A DNA stretch of 64,000 nucleotides, from positions 32,001-96,000 of IMG/VR virus record IMGVR_UViG_3300025600_000001, one strand, 5' to 3'. The notes under the pieces were generated by a model. It was not told where the DNA came from. It saw only the letters and a program-made list of their open reading frames with translations, and searched no databases. Origin of the DNA: a virus. Positions 20,029-29,690 of this stretch are shown here, piece after piece. The position numbers were made by a program, and so were the translations under genes. Position 1 is the stretch's first letter. Each line of letters starts with the position of its first letter.

Positions 20029-20118
20029 ATGTCAGACATTAAGACGTACAAAGTATCACAAGCAGCAATGCTAGCAGTGCTGCCACCAGAATCCACAAGA
20101 ACGTATAATTCTTCATAA
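20029..20118 (+). pseudogene. Stranded 5' relic of the DUF932-like gene
   Basis: MSDIKTYKVSQAAMLAVLPPESTRTYNSS-stop versus MKESYSVSKAMLISTPIPESTRTYKS. Confidence 0.88.
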
Positions 20119-20120
20119 AT

Positions 20121-20151
20121 TTTGAAATGTCATAGGAATTAGTTACATTTG
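20121..20151 (+). promoter_or_regulatory. Bacteroidota-type promoter for the GIY-YIG cassette
   Basis: TTTG-N19-TACATTTG; the ATG at 20156 follows 4 nt later. Confidence 0.75.
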
Positions 20152-20155
20152 GAAT

Positions 20156-21127
20156 ATGAAAAATATAACTATAAATTTTATATTAGCAAGAACTTCTGCT
20201 AATTATGAAGATATACATTGTACTGGTATATATAGAATATATCACATCATTAAACCATCTATTTTTTACATTGGAAGTGCTTCTTCTAATAAAAGATGGA
20301 GAGAGGGTTTTAAACAACGATGGGTAGAACATATCAAAGAACTTCGTAAAAACATTCATCATTCTCCATTCTTACAAAGAGTTATTAATTTATATGGAAT
20401 AGAAGGATTAAGATTTGAAATAATTGAAAAATGTGAATCTTCTATATGCATACGTAAAGAACAATTTTGGTTAGATTTTTATAAACCATTTAAAAATAAA
20501 GGTTATAATACTTGTAAAATTGCAGGAAGTTCTATGGGTTATAAATTTTCTGAAGATCAAATAAAAAATAGAAAAAAAATATTTCAATATGATTTAAAAG
20601 GTAAATTCATTGAAGAATATAAAAGTTTAACTGATGCAGCAAAACAAACAAATACTAGAATTAATGAAATCAAAGATTGTGCTAAAAAAAGAATACAATA
20701 TACGAAAGGACATATATGGAGATATGAAAAAGAAAGTGTAGATTCTATATTTCATATTAAGATTTTTAAGATAGCGTGCTACTTTGATGGACAATTTCAA
20801 TTTGTAGATTCTTTACAAAAAGTAGAAGAAAAAACAAAAGTCCATAAAAAGTTTATTTATAACTGTATTAATAAAAATCTAAATAAAACATCTAATAATT
20901 GGTTATTTAGAAAATACGATATTGAAAATTGTCCAGAAAAAATTGATTGTGTTACAGTATTAAGATATAAATATGAACTTATAGAAAATGAAAAATCTAT
21001 CATTTTTAATACGTTAATATTATTAACAAGTTATTTAAAAGTTCATAGAAAATATTTTGAAGAAAAAATGAAAGTAACAAATGAAATAGTTTTTAATAAT
21101 AAAATAATTAAAAAATTAATAAAATGA
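20156..21127 (+). CDS. GIY-YIG homing endonuclease with NUMOD1
   Basis: TGIYRIY...FYIGS, EQFWLD, YNTCKIAGS, QYDLKG. Confidence 0.9.
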   Translation: MKNITINFILARTSANYEDIHCTGIYRIYHIIKPSIFYIGSASSNKRWREGFKQRWVEHIKELRKNIHHSPFLQRVINLYGIEGLRFEIIEKCESSICIRKEQFWLDFYKPFKNKGYNTCKIAGSSMGYKFSEDQIKNRKKIFQYDLKGKFIEEYKSLTDAAKQTNTRINEIKDCAKKRIQYTKGHIWRYEKESVDSIFHIKIFKIACYFDGQFQFVDSLQKVEEKTKVHKKFIYNCINKNLNKTSNNWLFRKYDIENCPEKIDCVTVLRYKYELIENEKSIIFNTLILLTSYLKVHRKYFEEKMKVTNEIVFNNKIIKKLIK

Positions 21128-21999
21128 AAGAAAGTTATTCAGTTTCTAAAGCAATGTTAATAAGTACACCTATACCAGAGAGTACTCGTACTTATAAAAG
21201 TTTTTCTCACAAACAGTTAATAGATTTAACTCTTGAGGGTATTCACCATGCAGGATTTCAAGTGGGAAAAGAATTATATTCTTCTGCAAAAGATGGTCTT
21301 GTAGCTAATGGAAGATATACTATAGCAAATATAGCTGATTCAGAAATGCAATTACAAATTACATGGAGAAATAGTTATAATAAAAGTTTACCACTAACCT
21401 TTTCACTCGGTGCTATGGTGTTAGTATGTTCCAATGGAATGCAAAAATCTCAAGGAATGGGATCTTTTAAGAAAAAACATCAAGGACAAATTCAAAGTTT
21501 TACTCCACAAGCTATAGGCGAATACATCAAAGGAGCTGAAGAAGTATTTAAACAAATGCAAATAGAAAGAGAGCAAATGAAACAAGTCACACTCTCAAGA
21601 ACGCTGCAAGCAGAGATTATAGGAAAAATGTTTATAGAAGCAGAATTTATTAAGTCTACTCAATTGAATATTATCAAAAGAGAACTTGATAATCCTACAC
21701 ATGATTATGGAGATCCTAATAGTTTGTGGTCATTGTATAATTATACAACTTTTGCAATGCGTGAATTGCATCCATCTTTATATCTACAGGATCATATTGA
21801 TGCTCATTCATTCTTTGTCACTGAATCAGGAATCATAGTTAATACTCCTGAACCTATTACAATTCGTCCTGTAGAAGATAAGAGACAATTAAACTTGTTT
21901 GATGAACTTCTTAATCAAGAAACAGAAGAAGTCTTGGCTGAAGTGTATAATAGTGAAGAAGAAGAAGAAGAGGAAGAATGGGAACCAGAACAACTATAG
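21124..21999 (+). CDS. DUF932/DUF945-like protein
   Basis: WRNSYNKS...GAMVLVCSNG...KKKH and SLWSLYNYTT motifs; acidic tail. Confidence 0.75.
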   Translation: MKESYSVSKAMLISTPIPESTRTYKSFSHKQLIDLTLEGIHHAGFQVGKELYSSAKDGLVANGRYTIANIADSEMQLQITWRNSYNKSLPLTFSLGAMVLVCSNGMQKSQGMGSFKKKHQGQIQSFTPQAIGEYIKGAEEVFKQMQIEREQMKQVTLSRTLQAEIIGKMFIEAEFIKSTQLNIIKRELDNPTHDYGDPNSLWSLYNYTTFAMRELHPSLYLQDHIDAHSFFVTESGIIVNTPEPITIRPVEDKRQLNLFDELLNQETEEVLAEVYNSEEEEEEEEWEPEQL

Positions 22000-22220
22000 G
22001 TGCAAAACCTGCAATAGTAAAAGTTCCAGGAACTTTTATTAAGATTGGTGATTACAGAATAATAAAATCAAGTGTGAAGAGGTATCAACCAAGTAAAAAT
22101 GGATATATCAACATCTATTTTAACTCCTCAATAAATCATCCTGATTTTAAGAGTTTTCACTATACATCAACTAAGTTACAACAAGAAGTTTTAGACTATT
22201 TAGATTCAATTTATTTATGA
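21978..22220 (+). CDS. Hypothetical protein
   Basis: 80 aa; its stop overlaps the ATG of the UDG relic. Confidence 0.55.
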   Translation: MGTRTTIGAKPAIVKVPGTFIKIGDYRIIKSSVKRYQPSKNGYINIYFNSSINHPDFKSFHYTSTKLQQEVLDYLDSIYL

Positions 22221-22345
22221 ACAAAAGTAAAACAATACTATCAGAAGAGGCTTTTGAGCCTCTTTTTGGTAGTTGGTGGCCTAAGATTAACAAATTCTCT
22301 GTTATTTTATTTGTATATTCTACTTATTTAGTATATATTTGTTAG
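22217..22345 (+). pseudogene. Stranded 5' relic of the uracil-DNA glycosylase gene
   Basis: MNKSKTILSEEAFEPLFGSWWPKIN... versus MNNLDWKKFEPLFGTWALKIK. Similarity ends near 22290 and the frame runs on to a TAG in the promoter region. Confidence 0.85.
22310..22341 (+). promoter_or_regulatory. Bacteroidota-type promoter for the LAGLIDADG cassette
   Basis: TTTG-N20-TATATTTG. Confidence 0.75.
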
Positions 22346-22369
22346 ATTAATTTAATACAACATTACTAT

Positions 22370-23350
22370 ATGACATATTTTAAACTTACTCCAGAAATTC
22401 ATAAAAATATAGCAGATGAATATATTTCATCTATAACTACTCAACAAGATTTAGCAAAAAAATATAATGTTAGTACAGTTATGATTTCAAATATATTAAA
22501 AAAATTTAAAATTCCTACAGATCATCGAAGAGGATTTTATAATGTAGATATTAATTATTTTAAAATTATAGATACACCTAATAAATCATATTTTTTAGGT
22601 TTATTTCATGCCGATGGAAGTAACTCTGAGGAGCATAACTGTGTTAGAATTTCTTTACAGGAAAAGGATAAAGAAATATTAGAAAAATTAAAAAAAGATA
22701 TAAAATATTCAGGTCCTTTATATTATTTAAAAAAACAAGGAAATAGAAGTAATCAATTTTCATTAAATATTGTAGCAAAAGAATTATCACAAGATTTGGT
22801 AATTCTAGGTTATCCTAAGAATAAAACTTACAAAGTAGTATTTCCAGAATACTTAGAACAGTCATTAGTAAGACATTTTATTAGAGGATTGTTCGATGGA
22901 GATGGATGTATTCATGCTAAATATAAACATAGTTTAAGTATCGTTGGTACATGTAATACTTTGTTAGGAGTAAAAGATTATTTACAAGAAATATTAAATA
23001 TAAATTCTGTAATAGTAGAAAGTAAATCTAAAAATATATTTAGATTAAGTATATGTAAAAAGATAGATATATTCAATACATTATGTCATTTATATGAAAA
23101 TAGTGAATTGTATTTACAAAGAAAATATGACATCTTTCATCAAGTGTACATGATTCAGAAAGAACATTTATATTGGCAAATATACTGTAAAAATTTAAAA
23201 ACTAATGAAATTAATATTTTTAAAAATATGCAAGAAACTAAAGAATTTTTTGGATTAAAATCCTATGCAGCAATATCTTATTGTATCCATAAAAGTAAAA
23301 CTAAAATTTTTAGAAAAACGTATTATATAAATTTATTGAAAAATGAATAA
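22370..23350 (+). CDS. LAGLIDADG homing endonuclease with N-terminal HTH
   Basis: YFLGLFHADG and FIRGLFDGDG motifs. Confidence 0.9.
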   Translation: MTYFKLTPEIHKNIADEYISSITTQQDLAKKYNVSTVMISNILKKFKIPTDHRRGFYNVDINYFKIIDTPNKSYFLGLFHADGSNSEEHNCVRISLQEKDKEILEKLKKDIKYSGPLYYLKKQGNRSNQFSLNIVAKELSQDLVILGYPKNKTYKVVFPEYLEQSLVRHFIRGLFDGDGCIHAKYKHSLSIVGTCNTLLGVKDYLQEILNINSVIVESKSKNIFRLSICKKIDIFNTLCHLYENSELYLQRKYDIFHQVYMIQKEHLYWQIYCKNLKTNEINIFKNMQETKEFFGLKSYAAISYCIHKSKTKIFRKTYYINLLKNE

Positions 23351-24134
23351 TTTAGATTGGAAGAAATTCGAACCACTTTTTGGTACATGGGCTTTAAAAA
23401 TAAAGCCTTTTTTTGACTTAGGAGGTTTTGATAAAATATATGAGTTTCTTAAAAAAGAGTCAAAAAGAGGTAAAGAAATCGCACCTATGTCATCTCTTGT
23501 ATTTAGAGCATTTCGAGAGACAGACATAAATACTCTTAAAGTAGTAATTGTTGGTTTAGCACCATATCATACCTTTTATAATGGATCGTCTATTGCGGAT
23601 GGTTTGTGTATGAGTTGTTCTATTACTAGTAGATTACAACCTAGTCTTTCTAATTTCTATAATGCTATAGAACGAGAACTTTATAATGGACTTAATTTAA
23701 ATATGTATAAAAATCCAGATCTTACCTATTTAGCCAGAGACGGAATTCTTCTATTGAACTATGCTCTCACCACTAGTAAAAATAAACCAGGGGATCATTG
23801 TGTTCTTTGGGAACCTTTTATGAAATTTCTATTTGAACAGGTGTTAGATACTATTGGAGCTCCTGTTATTTTCTTAGGACGTGAAGCAGCCAAACTAGAG
23901 AGATATACAATGCCTTTTAATTGGATATTTAAGTTATCTCATCCTGCCTCAGCAAGTTATCAAGGTATCGAATGGGATTCTGAAGGAACATTTAAAACTA
24001 TAAATAAGATTTTATGGGAGCGAAATAAAGAAACGATAAATTGGTTACAATTAGATAGTATAAACGAAAAGGAGATAAAAAATGAAGACAAAGTTAAAAA
24101 ACCAGGAAAACCTAAATTTAGAAGTTCAAATTAA
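23343..24134 (+). CDS. ung: Uracil-DNA glycosylase (family 1-like)
   Basis: KVVIVGLAPY (GQDPY variant), ADGLCMS, PSL, GILLLNYALT, HPAS. The usual catalytic Asp is replaced. Confidence 0.8.
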   Translation: MNNLDWKKFEPLFGTWALKIKPFFDLGGFDKIYEFLKKESKRGKEIAPMSSLVFRAFRETDINTLKVVIVGLAPYHTFYNGSSIADGLCMSCSITSRLQPSLSNFYNAIERELYNGLNLNMYKNPDLTYLARDGILLLNYALTTSKNKPGDHCVLWEPFMKFLFEQVLDTIGAPVIFLGREAAKLERYTMPFNWIFKLSHPASASYQGIEWDSEGTFKTINKILWERNKETINWLQLDSINEKEIKNEDKVKKPGKPKFRSSN

Positions 24135-24146
24135 AAAGAAATACTC

Positions 24147-26453
24147 ATGATTTTAGAAAAACAAACAGATAATATTATACTAACAGAAGGAGATGTCTCA
24201 GAGAGTATAAATATGGAATTGGATTTGGATTCTGCTCAGATTTTGATGCAGATGTTAAGTAAAAATTTGTATTCTGATGCTATTGGTAGCACTGTTAGAG
24301 AAACCTGTAGTAATGCTTTAGATAGTCATCGAAAAGCAAATACAGATGATCCAATTATTGTTAGTTTTAAATCAAATAATGATAATACCTATTCGTTTTG
24401 TGTTCAAGATTTTGGTACTGGTCTGGATGCTGATGATGTAGAAAACATCATTAGCAAATATGGAAAATCTACTAAAAGATTAGAAGCTAACTCATTGGGT
24501 ATGATGGGATTGGGCTTTAAATCACCATTGGCTTATTCATCAAGTTTCACTTTTGTATGTCGTAAAGATGGTATGGAATGGACATATATGATGTATGAAG
24601 GAGAAGATAGTAATAAGATTGATTTGTTGTATTCTCAGAAGACAATCGAAAAGAATGGTGTAAAAGTTATTATTCCTGTAAAGTATTCAGATAAAAATGA
24701 ATTTCTTACTAAAATTAGGGAACAACTTGCATATTTTGAAAATGTATTCTTTGATACAGGTAATGTTAGTAATGATTTTATAATTCATCGTGCTGAACAT
24801 TATCAGATCTCTCCATTAGTTAATTCTAGTTTGATGCACATTTGTCTGGATAATGTCTATTATCCTATTGATTTTGAGAAATTAGGAATTCCTCCTATTC
24901 ATGTAGTTGTTGGTTTACGATTTGGTCTTAGTGATGGAATCTTTCCAACACCAAATAGAGAAGCAATAAGAATGACCCAAGAAGCTAAGAAGACTATTTT
25001 ATCTAAAATAGCTAAAGTTGCAGATGTTTTTATAACTATGTATAATAATACAATAGTTGCTACTTCTGACATACAAACTGTTTTTGAATATTATAAATCA
25101 CAAGACAGATTGGTAACAATTAGTGATAAAACCTATAATGTATTTCAGCTTAAGAACTATAGTAGTATAAAGATTACATCTCCTACATTAATAGGAGTTG
25201 AACTACTTAATTTAGAAGATTTGTATGAAGATAGAGAGAATATTCTTGGTGAATATCAAATCAGATATAATATCAAGAATAGAAAAATGAGTGAAGTAAA
25301 ATCTGGAGGGAGCAGAAATATACGACTTTATGATTTAAATAACACTCACTATTATCTCTATAATCAACCTATCTCTGGAAAGAAAAAAGAATATCTTAAA
25401 AGTATATGTAGTTATGGTGATAGTCATGTTTGCAAAAAAATAGATCCTTATAAATTAGGATTTAATTCTAGAAAAAGTTGGTCATCTACTAGTAGTTATT
25501 ACAGTATACTCAATCTTAAAAACTATAAAAGGACTGAATGGAGACAAAGAATTAAAGAGTTTCAATTTATTCAACAGAAATTTACAGAAAAGTTTATTGG
25601 TGTTGATAGTATGGAGATTCCTCAGAGTTACATAGATGCTAGAAAAAAAGAGAGAGTTTCGTCTTTAAATAATGGTAATGGAAGAAGAGTTAAACTTACA
25701 GGAGAACTTTTTGGTAAAACTGCTATGCCTCTTGAGAGATATGTAAGTGGTCAAAATTGTAAATTTGTTGCAGACACTTATATTCTTGCTGATATTCCTA
25801 AATATAAAGGATTGACTGTATACGACAGTTACGACAATCAACCTCTACTTGATAGTCTATATTACGTAACACGTAACTGTAGACATAAACTAAGAATTCT
25901 AAGTTTCTCAAATAGAGAGATGAAAGTTCTAAATGACATTAATATTCATAATCTAATATCTTATAGTAAATTTATGGAAGGAGAAAATAAACCATTTAAA
26001 AGATTAATTACAGCACATTTAATTAATACATTAATGTCTACGTACAATCATGTATTTAGTAAACGAGATTATCTAACTAGTATTTCACAACCTCTTTTAG
26101 ATAAACTTAATAAGTTATCTGACTATAAAAATGATTATTATTGTTATGCAGATAGTAATATCTATGTAAGTATGCTATCTGTAGCAGAAGAACACATGTT
26201 ATTTGATATGAAAATCTATTCTGATTATTTAGATATTAAGAATGTATTTTTGAAATTAACTTTTCTTAATACTGTAATGAAAACTATAAAAGATTATGAG
26301 AATGATCCGATGATTCCTATACTTGTAGATTTGTTTAAATATTATAGATATAGAATTGATTATAAGAACTATCATATCCCTCTTAATGAAATGATTGATT
26401 TCGATTCATTACTACTAACAGATGAAACTGTTAACGAATTAACTATTATTTAA
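24147..26453 (+). CDS. rIIA: rIIA-like protein (N-terminal GHKL/Hsp90-like ATPase)
   Basis: LYSD...VRETCSNALDSH, DFGTGL, GKSTK, GMMGLGFKSPLAY, TPNREAI. Confidence 0.88.
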   Translation: MILEKQTDNIILTEGDVSESINMELDLDSAQILMQMLSKNLYSDAIGSTVRETCSNALDSHRKANTDDPIIVSFKSNNDNTYSFCVQDFGTGLDADDVENIISKYGKSTKRLEANSLGMMGLGFKSPLAYSSSFTFVCRKDGMEWTYMMYEGEDSNKIDLLYSQKTIEKNGVKVIIPVKYSDKNEFLTKIREQLAYFENVFFDTGNVSNDFIIHRAEHYQISPLVNSSLMHICLDNVYYPIDFEKLGIPPIHVVVGLRFGLSDGIFPTPNREAIRMTQEAKKTILSKIAKVADVFITMYNNTIVATSDIQTVFEYYKSQDRLVTISDKTYNVFQLKNYSSIKITSPTLIGVELLNLEDLYEDRENILGEYQIRYNIKNRKMSEVKSGGSRNIRLYDLNNTHYYLYNQPISGKKKEYLKSICSYGDSHVCKKIDPYKLGFNSRKSWSSTSSYYSILNLKNYKRTEWRQRIKEFQFIQQKFTEKFIGVDSMEIPQSYIDARKKERVSSLNNGNGRRVKLTGELFGKTAMPLERYVSGQNCKFVADTYILADIPKYKGLTVYDSYDNQPLLDSLYYVTRNCRHKLRILSFSNREMKVLNDINIHNLISYSKFMEGENKPFKRLITAHLINTLMSTYNHVFSKRDYLTSISQPLLDKLNKLSDYKNDYYCYADSNIYVSMLSVAEEHMLFDMKIYSDYLDIKNVFLKLTFLNTVMKTIKDYENDPMIPILVDLFKYYRYRIDYKNYHIPLNEMIDFDSLLLTDETVNELTII

Positions 26454-26478
26454 ATATAAACATTAAAAATAAAAACTT

Positions 26479-27894
26479 ATGGATTTTTCATTAAATTGGT
26501 TTAAGAGTAAAAAGAAAGAAGAAAATGTACAGAAGATATATGTTCCTCAATCAACAACATCTTATGGTGTTGATCCTTTAGATCACAATGTAGAGTTTAT
26601 GCATGTGCCTTATAAGTCTATTAAGATGGTTAATGATGTAATTACTGTGGTGTTACTTGATGGAACAATTATTATCAAACCTTCTGCAGTAGAACTAGAT
26701 TTTATAAAAATTTCAAAAGCTACTACGATTGCTGAAATCTTAAACTTAGTAACTCTTCCCGAAATACTAGAAGAAAAACTTAAAGTTAAAGCTGAAGAAG
26801 AACGTAATATTGTTCTACATAAAGGAATCGAACTTCTAAAAGAAGTTAGTGATTTTAGAGTTGAAGATAATACTGTTTATATGGTAGGAACAAATAGAAG
26901 TGTTCCTGAACTCTTAGTTAATGAATTTATTGAAATTGTAGGAAGTTATGACTTTTCATCAATTTCTATGTCTATTAATGAGTATGTAGCAAAAAATGAA
27001 AAGTATCAAAGTTTAAAGAACTTCTTTCTTTGGGCATGTCTTAATCCAAGAGCTGAAGTAGCTAATGATCTATATGACTTTCTAAAAAGAAATAGTTTTA
27101 AGATCACTAAACAAGGATTCTTTGCAGCTCTTAGAAATGTTGTCACGCTTAATGATAATAGTGAAGAGTTTGATAACAATAGAGCACTTGTTGATTTTGT
27201 AAGTAATTCTTACAATAAGATTAAAGCTGTTTGGAAACAGAAACCTTCTAAATTTGATGTTTATAGAAATACTGATCATTTTGGAGAAAACTCTTTTTAT
27301 CTTTGGAAAATTGAAGAAACTCCAAATATTAAGAATAATGGAAACGAATGTATGGGTAATTTAGAAACTCTTTACAAACAGGATATGCCAGAGATGAAAG
27401 GTAATCGTTTCACTGATGATCACACAAAAACATTCGACATTCGTGTAGGAAAAGTTGTAAGTATGCCTATGAAAAAATGTAGTTGGTCGACAGCAGATTG
27501 CGATAAAGCAGGTTTACATTTTACTTCAGATCAGATTCACTATGTAGGATGTGGAGATACTTCTATGTTAGTACTAATCAATCCAATGAAGGTTGTAGGA
27601 ATAGGTACATCTAAAGGAAGATGTTATGAATATCTTCCAATTATGACAGTTCCTCGTGAAGAAGCAACACAACTTCTACATGATTTAGATTTTGATACTC
27701 TTGAATTAGATGAAGACTATGTCATTCATGAATTAGAAAGTCTTAGTGAAAAAGTCAAGAGTGGTTTCATAGCAGAAACTACTAAATATAGTTTCAATCT
27801 TCCAGCAACATCTACAGAAGAAATTGAGACTATTATAAAATCTTTATCATTAATGAAAGAACTCATTTCTAAACGAGTAAGTGTAATTAAATAA
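26479..27894 (+). CDS. rIIB: rIIB-like protein
   Basis: Follows rIIA; LNP...LYDFL, ITKQGFFAALR, FTDDHT...GKVVSM, CDKAGLH, GRCYEY. Confidence 0.85.
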   Translation: MDFSLNWFKSKKKEENVQKIYVPQSTTSYGVDPLDHNVEFMHVPYKSIKMVNDVITVVLLDGTIIIKPSAVELDFIKISKATTIAEILNLVTLPEILEEKLKVKAEEERNIVLHKGIELLKEVSDFRVEDNTVYMVGTNRSVPELLVNEFIEIVGSYDFSSISMSINEYVAKNEKYQSLKNFFLWACLNPRAEVANDLYDFLKRNSFKITKQGFFAALRNVVTLNDNSEEFDNNRALVDFVSNSYNKIKAVWKQKPSKFDVYRNTDHFGENSFYLWKIEETPNIKNNGNECMGNLETLYKQDMPEMKGNRFTDDHTKTFDIRVGKVVSMPMKKCSWSTADCDKAGLHFTSDQIHYVGCGDTSMLVLINPMKVVGIGTSKGRCYEYLPIMTVPREEATQLLHDLDFDTLELDEDYVIHELESLSEKVKSGFIAETTKYSFNLPATSTEEIETIIKSLSLMKELISKRVSVIK

Positions 27895-27899
27895 TTCAT

Positions 27900-27940
27900 G
27901 TGGTGTATTCCTTTAATTTAGGGATACATCACTAATTTTA
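27900..27940 (+). terminator. Intrinsic terminator
   Basis: GTGGTGTATTCCT...AGGGATACATCAC stem followed by a T-rich tail. Confidence 0.65.
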
Positions 27941-27944
27941 ATTT

Positions 27945-28346
27945 ATGAAAATAAAAAAAGTAGTTATAAAAAAAGTAAAACCTCGTAATGGAGGAACAAT
28001 GACTAATAGTCAGTATTTTTCTAAAATCAGATCAATACTTAGAAATGGTTTTAGATACTATAGACCTATGCAAGATGCTCTTAATTTAGTAAGTAGACCT
28101 TCTCAGTCTTTAAATAAAAAACTTAAAAAAGAATATCAGTGCTTTCATTGTAAAAAATGGTTTAAACGAGATGATGTAGAAATTGATCACATTGAAGAAT
28201 GTGGTAAACTAAATTGTTATGACGATATTGTACCATTTATTCAAAGACTTACCAGAGAAGAAGTTAGTGCATATCAAGTATTATGTAAATCGTGTCATAG
28301 TATAAAAACTGAAAAGTATAAACAACTTAAAAATGAAAGACTATGA
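27945..28346 (+). CDS. HNH endonuclease (Zn-binding)
   Basis: YQCFHC...EIDH...QVLCKSCH. Confidence 0.85.
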   Translation: MKIKKVVIKKVKPRNGGTMTNSQYFSKIRSILRNGFRYYRPMQDALNLVSRPSQSLNKKLKKEYQCFHCKKWFKRDDVEIDHIEECGKLNCYDDIVPFIQRLTREEVSAYQVLCKSCHSIKTEKYKQLKNERL

Positions 28347-28612
28347 TAATTCGTAGAAAAAAAGATTTATGGAAAGGATATCTTGTAGATGGTAGAGTTT
28401 ATCAAACTGAGACACATACAAGAAGAGACGATTTACTTGCATGTATTGCACGTAAAGAAAGTGTTATGTGGATATTAAATGATGGACGGAAAATGACTCT
28501 TACCTTTGATCAATTAAAGGATGAAGTTGAAGATATAGGTACTCCACAGAAAAGTATAAAGAATACTTCACCTTATAGTTTATGGTGTTATACATTTATA
28601 GAAGATAACTAA
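28343..28612 (+). CDS. Hypothetical protein
   Basis: 89 aa ORF. Confidence 0.55.
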   Translation: MIIRRKKDLWKGYLVDGRVYQTETHTRRDDLLACIARKESVMWILNDGRKMTLTFDQLKDEVEDIGTPQKSIKNTSPYSLWCYTFIEDN

Positions 28613-28613
28613 A

Positions 28614-28778
28614 ATGAAACAGAAATTATTAAAATCGACAATTAGTGTACTAGAAGCCTTAAAAGAAGATGCGAATATGGCATTGAATGGAACTTGGGAT
28701 TGTACTGAACCAGGTTTCAGAGCCCAAATTAGAGCAATTAATGGAGTTTTATCAGAACTAAAAGCAAAATTAAAATGA
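28614..28778 (+). CDS. Small hypothetical protein (54 aa, not in ORF track)
   Basis: MKQKLLKSTISVLEALKEDANMALNGTWDC...KAKLK; its stop overlaps the relic ATG. Confidence 0.6.
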   Translation: MKQKLLKSTISVLEALKEDANMALNGTWDCTEPGFRAQIRAINGVLSELKAKLK

Positions 28779-28843
28779 TAGAAGGAATTAAAAAAATAAA
28801 TTCTGAAAGTGATTATCGTAAGATACAACTTGATTCAAGTTAA
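28775..28843 (+). pseudogene. Stranded 5' relic of the PD-(D/E)xK nuclease gene
   Basis: MIEGIKKINSESDYRKIQLDSS-stop versus MIKGINKNIDEKSYRTICLDSA (12/22 identical, ungapped). Confidence 0.88.
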
Positions 28844-28911
28844 AAAAGAGAAAAGTTATAGGATTATATATTTAATTTTTGTATATTTATATATAACTAA
28901 GTTATAATAAG

Positions 28912-29685
28912 ATGATTGGAATCTATAAAATAACAAGTCCTTCGAATAAAGTTTATATAGGACAAAGTTGGAATTTGATTAAAAGAGAGAAAGATTATAA
29001 GTCTTTAGCTAATATAATTAGACAAAGAAAAATATATAATTCTATGAAAAAATATGGAGTAGATAAACATATTTTTGAAATACTTCATATTCTTTCAGAT
29101 ACTACTATACAAAAAGAATTAGATTATTGGGAAATATATTATTGGAAGTATTTTATATCTCAAGGATTTGAAATGCTTAATATTAAAGAACCAGGAAAAG
29201 GAGGAAGATTAGATATTGAAACTAAAGAAAAGATATCTAAATCAAATAAGGGAAGAATTAGAAGTGAAGAAGTAATGAGTAAAATTAAGAATTTAGATAG
29301 ATATAATCTTCCTATTCTAATGTTAAATTTAAATGGAAAAATCATAAGAGAGTTTAGAAATATAAATTCATGTTCACGAGAATTACATGTTAGTTCTTCT
29401 AATATAAAATCAGTAATGAATGGTAAAACTAAAACATGTTTATCTCATATTTTTATAAAAAAAGTAGATTATGATGAATCTAAATTTACACAAATAATAG
29501 TTCCTGGTGGATGTACTGAGGTAAATCAATATGATTTAGATAATAATTTTATTAAAAGTTTTTTAAGTTTTAAAAATATTAGATTAGAATTAGAATTAAA
29601 AATAGGATGTGATCCTAATATTATAAGAGCTTGCAAATCTGAAAATAGAATAGCTTATGGTTTTAAATGGAAATATAAAAATTAA
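28912..29685 (+). CDS. GIY-YIG homing endonuclease with NUMOD motifs
   Basis: MIGIYKITSPSNKVYIGQS, ETKEKISKS, QYDL...AYGFKWKY; promoter-like TATATTTA at 28882-28889. Confidence 0.92.
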   Translation: MIGIYKITSPSNKVYIGQSWNLIKREKDYKSLANIIRQRKIYNSMKKYGVDKHIFEILHILSDTTIQKELDYWEIYYWKYFISQGFEMLNIKEPGKGGRLDIETKEKISKSNKGRIRSEEVMSKIKNLDRYNLPILMLNLNGKIIREFRNINSCSRELHVSSSNIKSVMNGKTKTCLSHIFIKKVDYDESKFTQIIVPGGCTEVNQYDLDNNFIKSFLSFKNIRLELELKIGCDPNIIRACKSENRIAYGFKWKYKN

Positions 29686-29690
29686 TAAAT

